DNA of 63,108 nucleotides, the filler included, from Aduncisulcus paluster (taxonomy: Eukaryota), in the NCBI GenBank assembly GCA_024181965.1. It is 5 parts of 5 records of this genome, joined end to end, with 100 filler letters (N's around TTAATTAATTAA, not from the genome) between each part and the next. Parts side by side here need not be neighbours in the genome. Positions count along the whole stretch, not along the records: positions 1 to 19,991 come from BQXS01012696.1; 4 more parts are not named here. The stretch is one strand, 5' to 3'. The position numbers were made by a program, and so were the translations under genes. Position 1 is the stretch's first letter; every line of letters begins with the position of its first letter. This document shows, piece by piece, positions 1-10,211 of the stretch. The notes beneath the pieces are model-generated. The model was not told where the DNA came from. It saw only the letters and a program-made list of their open reading frames with translations, and searched no databases.

Positions 1-1
1 C

Positions 2-3000
2 CCTGAATGTGAGAATGGAGGAATTTGTTTCGCTGGGGTGTGCTTCTGTCCTGATGGATTCACTGGCGATGAGTGTGAAGACTTGTCTTGTGACGATGGT
101 TGCTCTGAAGACATCAGTGGAGGAGAGTGTGATGGTTCCACTGGGCTATGTGTCTGTAATGAAGACTTCAGTGGAGATGATTGTTCCGTCTACACGCCCG
201 ATGGATCATGCAAGTATGGTGTCTCCAATGGGTCAGGATGCACGTGTCAGCTTGGATACAGTGGAGACTTCTGTCAATGTAAGTCTAATTGCTCTTCCCA
301 TGGGTTATGTCGTGTATGGGGATGTGAGTGTGATGATGGATATAGCGGTGATGATTGCTCTGAAGAAGCTGTTCCTCTGTTATCGGATAAGATCAGCGTT
401 GACTTTGACGAAGGTTCCATCACTATATACTTCGATACTCCTGTGACTCTCTCTGGGGTTTCTAACGATGTTCGTACGATCGACTGCAGTGACGTGGTCG
501 AGCCTGAATTCTATGGAACATGTACTGACTCTGAAGGGAACGATAGTTATCGAGTTATCAATGACCTATCGATGTGTAAGAAGAGCAAGGATGGGACTAG
601 TTTGACGATATTCCCTGGGACTAGGTCTTGGTTGTCACCTGGGATGTCATTCGATCTCTCAGCAGAGAACTGGATTCATAAAGTGACTCTGAAAACTTCT
701 CCTGTTCCACTCACTGTCCTTCTCGATGCCAACATGTTCCCCCCTGCCGAGCCTCCACTCCTGTCCTCAATGCTCTTGCCAGCGGTGGTTGCTTCATGCA
801 CTCTGGATGCCACTATTGATTTATTCATATCTGGTATCGTCACTCGTGGATGGGGAGTCCCATTGGTTCGATGGGAACTTGACAATACTGACGAGGAAAT
901 GGTCCAACATCCTGCCTTGTCAACCGTTAAGAGTTTATTCGAGGAGTTCTCTGTGCTTGAGCTTCCTGATGATGCCGACCAGTGCGCCAAATACCTTAAC
1001 ACTCGTGCTAGCATTCCGTCAAGTGTTATTCAGGATCTGGTTACTTCTGGACTCGAGCAACTCAATATCATTTTATCAGTGAGAACAATATTCTCAGTGG
1101 CGTGGTCATCACAGAGTTATTCAATTGATTTTGTTAGCTCTGGGCGGGTGGAACAGATTCGTCTTCTTCGTGGTTTAGAGACGATAACCCAGGATAAACC
1201 TTTACACATCTCAGTTGATGGAGATATTCCATTGTGTCCTGATACTTCTTGGGGTGAGAATGTGAGTATTGTTGATATTGATCGGTATTCGTTCGAATGG
1301 CGTTGTCTGAACTCAATTGAGGATCATCTTGTCACGGGTTCTTCTCTTTCCCTTGAGCTTGAGGAAGGCATCCTTGAGATTGGTGAATATGAGTGCAGTG
1401 TGACCATGATGAGACCAGGCGATGGGAAGAGTGTTGCTGAGGGATCTGTGTTTGTCACTGTTGAGAAACCCAATATTGATTTGACTCTTGTTGCTAATAC
1501 TGGCTCCGTGACTCTTGAATCCACGACTATCTGTCAAGAAGGGGAGGCTGCTACATGCACATTTGACAAGGTTGTTCAACCTGGAGAAAACGTAAGAGTG
1601 ATTGCCAACACTACACACTACGATAATGCCTCATATGGATGGGCTATCTACCGTGAGGATGACTCTCTTGCTTTCAAACATGTTGGACAGTATCTGAACT
1701 TCCACATTCCAGAATATGTCCCAGAGATTCGTACTTTTAGGTGTGATTGTACCGCCTGGATAGATGGGGAAGTCGGTATTGCTCCTGCCACCATCTCCAT
1801 GTATATTATTGTGCAGCCAAATGATATCAGAGTTCTGGATAACCCTGCCTATTTCTCTGCAACTTCACTTGTTAAGGTTCTTGGCCCTCCTGTTGATGAA
1901 ACAATTGATGGCTCTGGTACTAATGTAATCAGTGTTAAGGATTCTCTTGGGATTAGTCGACCGGTTATCAATACGTTACCTGTGTCAAACAAATCCACAA
2001 TGTATGTCGGCACTCTTGATTCTATATTCACTCCAAACTTTGATCCCAAGCAAGCCACACTGGTCGAGACAAGTCACAATACCTCAATCGTGATCCCTTA
2101 CACAGAATTGACTCCAACGAAGACCACCGTCCATGTGTCTTCTTCTCTTTTCTATGGTACTTCAGCCCGTATATCTCCTTCCTATCTTCCTCCTCCCGTC
2201 GATTCAGACATTGTTCTTGTCGCTATTTCCATGTATACCCCTGATATCATTGTTCGAGGTCAGAGTGCAACCTTCCGGATTGAGTTTGAGTATGATCAGT
2301 CTGATGAGTTCAACTGGGAGTCTGACGTATCCTTCTCGTGGTCCATTGATGGAATTGACAGCGATACTCTCGCCGAACTTTCTCAGTTGGGTTCAGTCAA
2401 TCACTCTTCAATTAGTTTCCGGCAGAGTAGAATAGTGGAGATTACCCAGGAATTGGATGATGATTATTTCGATCTTTCATGTTCAATCAATGTTTCCAAT
2501 GGTTATTCCCTTGTGATATCGAGGACAATAACATTCGACAATGCTTTAATCTTGAGCGATGATGTTTTCTCTGTTTATGACACAGTGGATGACACACTTG
2601 ATGGTTCTTACGATCACCCTTTCATGTGTAACTCCTTTCAAATTATCATTCATGATGCTGTGACGGACGATATTTGTCCGCAGGATGATATTACGTACGA
2701 TCAGACCGAGAATAGGTTGCTGTGTTCTACAGACGGCTTTACAAATCCCGAAGATGCCCCTGACCTTGTTCCAACTGTTGCGGTTGTGTATGATCAGATT
2801 CAAACTACATCGGGATTCCCTACTCTCTTGGGTCTTAGTATAGCCGATATCATTATCAAATTTGAGGCTGAGCATTCCAAAAACAACATATTTGTGCCTT
2901 GTTACGTGATGGAAGAGGACATTGAGGAGCTTGAGATCACAGCACTGTTGTATGCGAGGTCTGGGGAAAGGAAGACAGTTCACTTTAGCAAGTATTTTGC

Positions 3001-4741
3001 CAAGCCGGAGGTCGATTATTCTGTGACTGGTGTTCGTCTTTTTGATATTTTGGATCAAAGTGCTTCTTTTGGAGCTTACACTGCAAATTCTATTAGGGCA
3101 TCAATCGCTGAGTTTGAATATGGAGGTCTGAGTTCTAATCTTCATTTGTGGATGAATTACTCTCTTGATTTGGCGTGGCAATGTCTTGATCTCGTTGAAT
3201 ACATCACTGATGGCGATCCCTCCCTATGTGATGATGTTTGTCAGGCTTCCCTTGCTTTATCCTATCATAACTTGTCACATGTAATGGCCATGTATGAGTT
3301 ACTGAAGGAATTTGTTGTGATGGATGACTGGGATACCGCCTATGGGTATATTCATCCGCATGAGATAGCCATATGGGGTATATACCAATCTCACGTTATC
3401 TCTCACATCCTTCCTAATTATACATCATATTCCGAGGAAGTGTATAACGATGTTGATGGAATTCTCAACCAATTGATGGAATCTTCAGAGCTAGGTCTTG
3501 GTGCCAAGATTGGTGGATCTGTGTTGTCACTTGATGATATTGAGAGTGGATATTTCAAAAGAATGCCGCAGAACTTGCTCTTTTATCTTAACTACTATCC
3601 TGACGCTCAGTCCTTGTTCGATGAGGAGCGTGTGACCTCCATTTTCCAGGTGTGCTATGATCTTGGGACCTGTTCACATTCATCAGATATTCAGCACTAC
3701 ACGACCATCCACAAAATTGCTGAATTCTTTGTTCGTCCTGAGATATCTATTTTCAAGGAAATTGAGGAATTCCCATTCGGATATGCTCGGGACACTATGT
3801 ATTCTTTCCTTCATGGTATTGAGGATTGCAGTAGTGCGATGGAACCAACATACCATTCTTCAGTGCATCTTGTGTCCTCTGCATACGATGATTCCACTTC
3901 TGTGTGTTCCAATCCATTCATGTGCACAATAGCCCTTGTAATTGTGTCATATGAAAGGTATGAACAGGTGTGGGAAGTATTTGAAGATGCTTTGATCAAC
4001 GATAGAATAGAATTCCCTCCCAATGGTTCTGTTGCTAATCCATTTAAGTCAAACCGTTCCTATTTCGCTTCTCTCTCTCTCGATGACATGTTGAGTGATC
4101 TTCCAGTCCATGTAATGCCGTATTACCGTGAGGAAGTCGTTGTTGGATGCCCCGATGATTACTCTAGTTTTACATGTGACAAGTGCATGCGTGTTGAGAT
4201 TGAGATTGAAAAGGATTTGACTGAGTCCAACGATGAATATGAGTATGTCCCTGTTGCTATTTCTATTCCAATGCTTCCTATGAATGATAATCCGACGTAC
4301 GCTCCGACTGTGTCTATTAACCCTGTAATTCCAGTTCTTGTTGAGCGTGGTGAGGAGGAAGAGGAAGAGGAAGAGGATTCTGATGAGTCTGTTGACTCCA
4401 CGAGATGGTATGTTCTTGTCGATGCCGAGTCTGTGATCTTTGTGACTCAGATTCCTCGCGAAATCCCAAAAAATATGGGTGAGGCTTGGCTGTGGATCGT
4501 TGGAGGATCGATTCTTGGAATATGCTTCGTTGTGGCTTTAGTATTCATAGGATTCCGGATATATAAGAGTAGAAAAGGAAGGAAGGAGTACTTAATACAG
4601 AAACATGGCGGCTCTCAAAAAGATATCAAGAGGTCAAAGAAAAGACGAAGCCATAGGGAATCGAAATCTTATTCAACTTCACCAGACCGGGATATTATGC
4701 ATTATGAAATTCCTGTTCTTCAACAATCAAATCCCAAGTAA
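2..4741 (+). CDS. Large type-I membrane protein: N-terminal EGF/tenascin-like Cys repeats, long beta-rich (REJ/PKD-like) ectodomain, single C-terminal TM and basic cytoplasmic tail; 5'-truncated by the window edge
   Basis: Frame is open from position 2 (PECENGGICFAGVCFCPDGFTGDEC). Repeated CxCxxG[FY]SGxDC EGF motifs; TM WLWIVGGSILGICFVVALVFIGF followed by RIYKSRKGRK; stop TAA at 4739-4741. The REJ/PKD resemblance is only an impression. Confidence 0.85.
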   Translation, partial: PECENGGICFAGVCFCPDGFTGDECEDLSCDDGCSEDISGGECDGSTGLCVCNEDFSGDDCSVYTPDGSCKYGVSNGSGCTCQLGYSGDFCQCKSNCSSHGLCRVWGCECDDGYSGDDCSEEAVPLLSDKISVDFDEGSITIYFDTPVTLSGVSNDVRTIDCSDVVEPEFYGTCTDSEGNDSYRVINDLSMCKKSKDGTSLTIFPGTRSWLSPGMSFDLSAENWIHKVTLKTSPVPLTVLLDANMFPPAEPPLLSSMLLPAVVASCTLDATIDLFISGIVTRGWGVPLVRWELDNTDEEMVQHPALSTVKSLFEEFSVLELPDDADQCAKYLNTRASIPSSVIQDLVTSGLEQLNIILSVRTIFSVAWSSQSYSIDFVSSGRVEQIRLLRGLETITQDKPLHISVDGDIPLCPDTSWGENVSIVDIDRYSFEWRCLNSIEDHLVTGSSLSLELEEGILEIGEYECSVTMMRPGDGKSVAEGSVFVTVEKPNIDLTLVANTGSVTLESTTICQEGEAATCTFDKVVQPGENVRVIANTTHYDNASYGWAIYREDDSLAFKHVGQYLNFHIPEYVPEIRTFRCDCTAWIDGEVGIAPATISMYIIVQPNDIRVLDNPAYFSATSLVKVLGPPVDETIDGSGTNVISVKDSLGISRPVINTLPVSNKSTMYVGTLDSIFTPNFDPKQATLVETSHNTSIVIPYTELTPTKTTVHVSSSLFYGTSARISPSYLPPPVDSDIVLVAISMYTPDIIVRGQSATFRIEFEYDQSDEFNWESDVSFSWSIDGIDSDTLAELSQLGSVNHSSISFRQSRIVEITQELDDDYFDLSCSINVSNGYSLVISRTITFDNALILSDDVFSVYDTVDDTLDGSYDHPFMCNSFQIIIHDAVTDDICPQDDITYDQTENRLLCSTDGFTNPEDAPDLVPTVAVVYDQIQTTSGFPTLLGLSIADIIIKFEAEHSKNNIFVPCYVMEEDIEELEITALLYARSGERKTVHFSKYFAKPEVDYSVTGVRLFDILDQSASFGAYTANSIRASIAEFEYGGLSSNLHLWMNYSLDLAWQCLDLVEYITDGDPSLCDDVCQASLALSYHNLSHVMAMYELLKEFVVMDDWDTAYGYIHPHEIAIWGIYQSHVISHILPNYTSYSEEVYNDVDGILNQLMESSELGLGAKIGGSVLSLDDIESGYFKRMPQNLLFYLNYYPDAQSLFDEERVTSIFQVCYDLGTCSHSSDIQHYTTIHKIAEFFVRPEISIFKEIEEFPFGYARDTMYSFLHGIEDCSSAMEPTYHSSVHLVSSAYDDSTSVCSNPFMCTIALVIVSYERYEQVWEVFEDALINDRIEFPPNGSVANPFKSNRSYFASLSLDDMLSDLPVHVMPYYREEVVVGCPDDYSSFTCDKCMRVEIEIEKDLTESNDEYEYVPVAISIPMLPMNDNPTYAPTVSINPVIPVLVERGEEEEEEEEDSDESVDSTRWYVLVDAESVIFVTQIPREIPKNMGEAWLWIVGGSILGICFVVALVFIGFRIYKSRKGRKEYLIQKHGGSQKDIKRSKKRRSHRESKSYSTSPDRDIMHYEIPVLQQSNPK

Positions 4742-4877
4742 TCCTTTGAACAGAATAATAATATAATTATATCATTATATGTCAACTTTTTTTTTTCCAA
4801 TTTTATTTTCTTTTTTCCATAATTTTTGATCAAAATCGATTAATACTAATTGTTTTGAATTCAATGGTCTGATCTGG

Positions 4878-4912
<35 letters not shown>

Positions 4913-6005
4913 GTATTTCGATTCATCAGATTTTCTTTAATATTCTAATTTTGATCTTTTACAAATTTTAGTATTAATTTTTTTTCGTTTTCTGTAAAAG
5001 TGCGAATATTCTCAATTTTGTGGGCTATATTCGTGCAGATTATTTATATATACATTATTTCATTCAGTTTCAGTAATAATAATAATACTATTATAATAGT
5101 TTGTTTTCCCCAGGTTTTGTAGTAAACTATGTGTTTTGATAGATTTTTATCTGGATACGTACAAAATTATCGAGAATCTACGGAATTCTTTCGGAAAAGC
5201 TTGTTTCCGTAATATTATAATGATGTATTTCTCATAATTTTAGCATATTTTCTTGTTATTGAACGTTATAAACAACCAAAACAACACAAGAAAACCAACG
5301 GACTAATATTCATGGAAAACAACTAGAACTTAACAGCAGAGATCCAACACGCATTGGGCTGAACGAGTTAACGATCACTTTGGATTGGGGGTGGGTCATA
5401 GATCACCAATGATTCGAATAAGAAGTTGTGTTGATAATTCCTTTCGAAGACATCTTGGGAAGGAATTAAAAGCGAAAGAAAAACAAAAAATAAACAAATA
5501 ATAAACTGAATTAGTTATTATCAATCGAGCAGAGAGCAGAGAAGAGTGAGAACGATTCGGGAAGCAAAGAAAACCAGAAGAATAGCTTCTCTGACAAGAA
5601 GTCGATGATATATTCACAATATTCATGGATTTCAACTGCAACTTATCAGCATATTTTGTTACCTTATAATCCACTATGTAAACAAATGTCGAAGTTATGA
5701 AACGATTTCGTGCCAGGAGTGGACTCACAAGGATGGCATGCAATATATGATAGAAAGAAAAATGATCACATAAATTTATTTATATATTGTATGATATTGC
5801 TTCCTGAGGTTGTCATTCGCGACTTTGTGTTTTCGTCTTCTGCTTTTCCTTCGTTGCAAGCAATACAAGATTTACTGTATGTCATATATTTCATTAAATG
5901 CGCATTAAGACATATTTTATGCAATGTCATGCAATTATATTCACTGTATTGTAATTAAATTTTTGTTTTTATATTTTCTTAGATCCCGACTCTTTTCCAT
6001 TGTCA

Positions 6006-7097
6006 ATGAGTTCATCCACCGATATACAAATTGTAAAACCAGAGTTTATCCATGAAGGAGATATTGATTGCTGTCCAATTCCTCGAGATGCCCCGAATAT
6101 TAAGAGTTCAGAGATCCCAAGTATCACACCTATAGATGAAACGCAGGAAGAATATGACGAAGAGTACGATCAAAGTGTTGAAGCAGAAGATATGATGAGA
6201 GGAGAGGTAAATAATGGTCACTTTACTCATATCTCCATTCCTTTCTCCCTATGTTCCCCAATGAAAGGGGTATATATCTGTCTATTTGGTGGTTGGTATC
6301 ATCCAGAATATCTTACCTTCACTCTTACATCTTCGAAGGGTGATAAAATATCCAAGAAATACGAATTTTCTGGATTTGAAGGTAAACATTGGTATTTCCT
6401 TTCTGTTGATCTCCCTGATGTTGTTTTGTGTGAGATTAGAGGGAAAAGAAGAGAAGAAGAGAATTTTTGTATCGAATCCCTTGTTTTAATTCGACAAGAA
6501 ACTTCTGAAGAAATCACATCTCGTGAAGCCAGAGAGAAACTATGGTCTGAAGCTCCTGTTGTAAAATCAAAGTTTGTTAAGGAAGGAGATTATGAATCTG
6601 ATGGTAGAGATTCTATTCCCATTCCACGTGATGATCCCAAGCTTGTAGCTCCTTTATTCTCAATGGTTAAGTGCAAGGATGATTCGCTGAGTAAGGAATC
6701 TGAGGAGTTTGATAAAAGTTCACAAGCACAAAGAATGTTAAAAGGGGAAGATTATGTATACTTATCCCATCTTTCCATCCCTTTCCCGTCACCTAGTCCA
6801 ATGAAAGGGGCTTATATCTGTGTGGATTGGTTTTGGAGTTCACCCTCTCTTCTCTTCACTTTCACTGATTGTGATGGTAAGAAAACATTCAAGAAGTATG
6901 AATTCACAGAACCTGAACATGATTACGAATGGCACTTTCTTCCTATTGATTTAGATAATGTTGTGTTATGTGAGATCGAAGGGAAAGGAAGGCGGGATAA
7001 AAAGAATTGTCGACATTTCTATATCTACTCCCTTGTATTTACTATGCCAGAAGAAGGTGAAATAATTGAACAAATTTCTCTCCTTCCATGGGAATAA
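6006..7097 (+). CDS. Uncharacterised tandem-domain protein (2 x ~170-aa beta-rich domain), paralog 1
   Basis: First ATG at 6006. Internal duplication of the motifs KPEF..EG...PIPRD, SIPF..SPMKG.YIC, KKYEF, W.FL..DL..VVLCEI.GK and SLV; ends SLLPWE*. Confidence 0.85.
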   Translation: MSSSTDIQIVKPEFIHEGDIDCCPIPRDAPNIKSSEIPSITPIDETQEEYDEEYDQSVEAEDMMRGEVNNGHFTHISIPFSLCSPMKGVYICLFGGWYHPEYLTFTLTSSKGDKISKKYEFSGFEGKHWYFLSVDLPDVVLCEIRGKRREEENFCIESLVLIRQETSEEITSREAREKLWSEAPVVKSKFVKEGDYESDGRDSIPIPRDDPKLVAPLFSMVKCKDDSLSKESEEFDKSSQAQRMLKGEDYVYLSHLSIPFPSPSPMKGAYICVDWFWSSPSLLFTFTDCDGKKTFKKYEFTEPEHDYEWHFLPIDLDNVVLCEIEGKGRRDKKNCRHFYIYSLVFTMPEEGEIIEQISLLPWE

Positions 7098-7727
7098 TCC
7101 AAGGATAATGATATTGTGTGTCAAAAGATACGGAACTTTTGTTCCATTCTTCAGAAACTGCCAGTTTATGTAGGCTACTTTTCTTTCTTCCCAAGCTTGG
7201 AGGAACTCTTGAAGAAGACTATGTGTAGTTTTTTAAGATTGTATTCCGTCCCATGAATAAATTTCTTGATTTCTAACAAGCCAGGTCGAAGTTTTTTGAA
7301 TTTGTCGATTTTTGATCTGCATTGAAATACACGTCTTTTTAATATATGGGTTTAAAACCATCCATAAATGTTTTTAATGCATGAAGATGAACGACATACA
7401 ATCCTTGAAGTGTCACAGTCGATTTTTGATGATTTCGTTCATTTTTGGTTGCTGTTAGGTGTTATTCGATCACAGACCTGGCATTCTACACCATTTTCTG
7501 CACATTATATTCGATATAGTTTCAATAATCTTTTCGTTGTATGTATTATTATCCTATTCTATTGTTCCATGATTTGTTTGTGTCTGTTGAAGCTTACTGG
7601 TGTTGGATGAATATTTATATTTATTTTATTCGTTACATTTATTATATTTGTACCATTTATTCCACCAAATCTTGGTCATATTCTTGTAGTTTCTATCCGA
7701 CAATCAAACAAAAATCGTAGGGAGCCA

Positions 7728-8855
7728 ATGAGTTCATCTGGAAGGGTTCATCTCGTGAAACCTGAGTTTATTTATAAAGTAAGTCTGGATTGTGCCAGTG
7801 ACACCTGGCCAATTCCTCTAGATGCCCCCAATATCAGGAGTGTTGAGTTTCCTGCCATTAAAGCAAGGAATGAAACCAAAAAAGAAGTTAACGAAGACTA
7901 TGATCAAAGTTCTAATGCACAAAAGATGATGAAAGGAGAGGAGGATATCTATCGAGACTTCACCCATATCTCTATTCCTTTCTCTTCCTCTTCCTCTATG
8001 AAAGGTGCTTATCTTTTTCTAAGTGCATATTCTTCTCCTCCATCGCATCTTATCTTCACTTTGACAAATTCAAAAGGTAGGAAAAGATCCAAGAAATTCG
8101 AATTTCCTGAGTTTTATGATAATCGTTGGTATTTCCTTCCTATTGATCTCTCTGATGTTGTTTTGTGTGAAATAATAGGGAAAGGGAGAGTGCAGAAGCA
8201 TTTTAGCAGAATGTTTTTTCAGGGGTTTTGCATTCGTTTCCTTGCTTTCATTCGAAAACAAACCTCTGAAGAAATCATTGCTTGCAAAGCTAAGGAGAAA
8301 TTATGGTCTGAAACTATAGCTATGAAACCAGAGTTTATTAAGAAAGGATATAAAGATTCTATTCCCATTCCTCGAGAGTCTCGACGAGACTATCCAAAGC
8401 TTTTAAAACCTGCTTTCTCAATGGTAACTGGGAATAATAATACTTTTAGAAAGGAATCTAAAAAGTATGATCAAAGTTCAGAAGCACAAAAAATGTTAAA
8501 AGGGGAGGAAGTTGTTGGCTTATCCCATCTTTCCATCCCTTTCCCATCACCTAGTCCTATGAAAGGTGCTTATATCTGTGTAAATAAGTGTTATAGTTCA
8601 CCCTCTCTTCTCTTCACTTTCACTGATTGTGATGGTAAGAAGACATCCAAGAAGTATGAATTTACAGAACCTAAACATTGGTATGAATGGTACTTCCTTC
8701 CTATTGATTTGATGAATGTTATATTGTGTGAGATTGAAGGGAAAGGAACTTGGAGAGAGAAGCACAGTCGATATTTCTGTATCGACTCCCTTGTATTTAC
8801 TATGCCAGAAGAAAGTGAAATAATTGAACGATTATCGCTCCTTCCATGGGAATAA
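7728..8855 (+). CDS. Uncharacterised tandem-domain protein, paralog 2
   Basis: 375-aa ORF with the same two-domain motif pattern as 6006..7097; ends IERLSLLPWE*. Confidence 0.85.
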   Translation: MSSSGRVHLVKPEFIYKVSLDCASDTWPIPLDAPNIRSVEFPAIKARNETKKEVNEDYDQSSNAQKMMKGEEDIYRDFTHISIPFSSSSSMKGAYLFLSAYSSPPSHLIFTLTNSKGRKRSKKFEFPEFYDNRWYFLPIDLSDVVLCEIIGKGRVQKHFSRMFFQGFCIRFLAFIRKQTSEEIIACKAKEKLWSETIAMKPEFIKKGYKDSIPIPRESRRDYPKLLKPAFSMVTGNNNTFRKESKKYDQSSEAQKMLKGEEVVGLSHLSIPFPSPSPMKGAYICVNKCYSSPSLLFTFTDCDGKKTSKKYEFTEPKHWYEWYFLPIDLMNVILCEIEGKGTWREKHSRYFCIDSLVFTMPEESEIIERLSLLPWE

Positions 8856-9302
8856 TCCAAGGATGTTGTGGCTTTTCTCCCTTGTTTTTTCTCTGCCAAT
8901 AGAAATTATTGGCTGCTGAACGAATCTCTCTTCTGCCATTGAAACATTCTGATGATGATCACTGCCTTCACGACTTTTCGAATGAGTATCTCTTTTTTTT
9001 GACCATTCTTTGGCCCTATTCACAACAATAAAAGCATCTTAATTCATGTTCAACATGATGTTGAATCACTGATTGAAGGGTGTTGATCCGAAGTAANNNN
9101 NNNNNNNNNNNNNNNNGCCAATAGAAATTATTGGCTGCTGAACGAATCTCTCTTCTGCCATTGAAACATTCTGATGATGATCACTGCCTTCACGACTTTT
9201 CGAATGAGTATCTCTTTTTTTTGACCATTCTTTGGCCCTATTCACAACAATAAAAGCATCTTAATTCATGTTCAACATGATGTTGAATCACTGATTGAAG
9301 GG

Positions 9303-9538
9303 TGTTGATCCGAAGTAAATTAATAATATGGCTGTAAGCAAATTTATTCTTTGTTCCATGTTCGCGCCAAATAGAGATACAAAAACTCTAGTTTTCAAAA
9401 CACAAAAAGCTTGACCTTCCGAACATCGAGTTAAGACATTATAACGAAGTATAAATGTTAATTATAATATCAGATTATAATTTATAAAATAAAATAGATA
9501 ACAAAGATTTATATTCTGTCATCCATGGACCCATGACA
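9303..9538. mobile_element. Possible 236-bp insertion (TGT...ACA ends, AGGG direct repeat), absent from cassette copy B
   Basis: Copy A reads ATTGA-AGGG-[TGTTGATCC...CCCATGACA]-AGGG-ATCTTTC; copy B (reverse complement, near 36010-36026) reads ATTGA-AGGG-ATCTTTC. Confidence 0.35.
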
Positions 9539-10211
9539 AGGGATCTTTCTGAAGCTGAGGAGACTACTTTAGAACAAGAATACCTCTCCACTGGAGAGTC
9601 TTCAGAAATGCGGATAGTTTGGGATTCTCTCCTTGATTCTTGGATTTATTGAGAAGAATGGTCAATTATTTCGATCATTTCCATCAAAACAAAAGAAATC
9701 TTCTCCATCTATTTTATACAAGAGATGTTCTATTGTAATAAAGGGACAATACCAAACATTACAGCAGTTTAGACACCAATTTACCCGTTATAGAAGGATT
9801 TTTGAAAAAACAATTCTATTTTTAGAATTTCTATTTTTAGAAATGAATGAAACGAAAGTGAAATATTCTTCGATTTTAGCATTATTTTTACAATTATAAA
9901 TGACCATTTCAGATGAAAACAAAAATATTTCGAGGCGAATAGTTGAAATTTATCGAAATAACCCATATCATTGTCGAAATGAGACGAAAGCGCAAAGATA
10001 ATAGAGATGTAGAATACTTACTTTCGACCACTAACTTTCGACTATAATCCCACCCTTTCTTTAGTTCAACCCCGATCAGATCATCTTCAACCGTTCCAAC
10101 ACAATCTCCATACAGCCTTCGTTGATGAAAAAGTTGATGTTCAATAATATCCTCCTCTTAACAATACACATTTCATTTCCAATTGTGAAAAAGAGAAGAT
10201 ATTTGAGAAAT

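Larger units (their letters stand above)
5268..10120 (+). repeat. Dispersed duplicated cassette, copy A: ~730-bp upstream region, two tandem-domain paralogs and ~1.2-kb downstream region
   Basis: 5268-6005 is near-identical to the reverse complement of 37307-38056 and to 55521-56112. 8856-10120 is near-identical to the reverse complement of 35439-36229 apart from indels. Confidence 0.9.

Noticed and set aside
5396..5958. Small ORFs repeated in the cassette flanks (MHAILVSP..., MPGVDSQG..., MILGFIEK..., MNRAKEWS...)
   Set aside because: They recur only because the DNA is duplicated. Most have non-ATG starts, several have variable ends, and none shows recognisable protein features.
7095..7260. 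TAA/TAG read as Gln (hexamitid code) or readthrough after SLLPWE*
   Set aside because: The frame stays open ~52 codons after the paralog-1 stop, but the extension is not conserved in paralogs 2 and 3. Conserved genes contain no internal TAA/TAG and end at TAA, TAG or TGA.
6006..8855. Diversity-generating retroelement as the source of loop variation
   Set aside because: Some sites show an NNT/NNG pattern, but there is no reverse transcriptase or template repeat in the window. Variation is spread over both domains, includes indels, and is equally explained by positive selection.
8895..9318. Tandem duplications beside the 20-N gaps (also near 46287, 49883, 52167, 61856)
   Set aside because: Each duplicate abuts a fixed-length gap, the typical negative-gap scaffolding artefact. 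eIF2A, BCCIP and the 49539 gene are single genes, not pairs.
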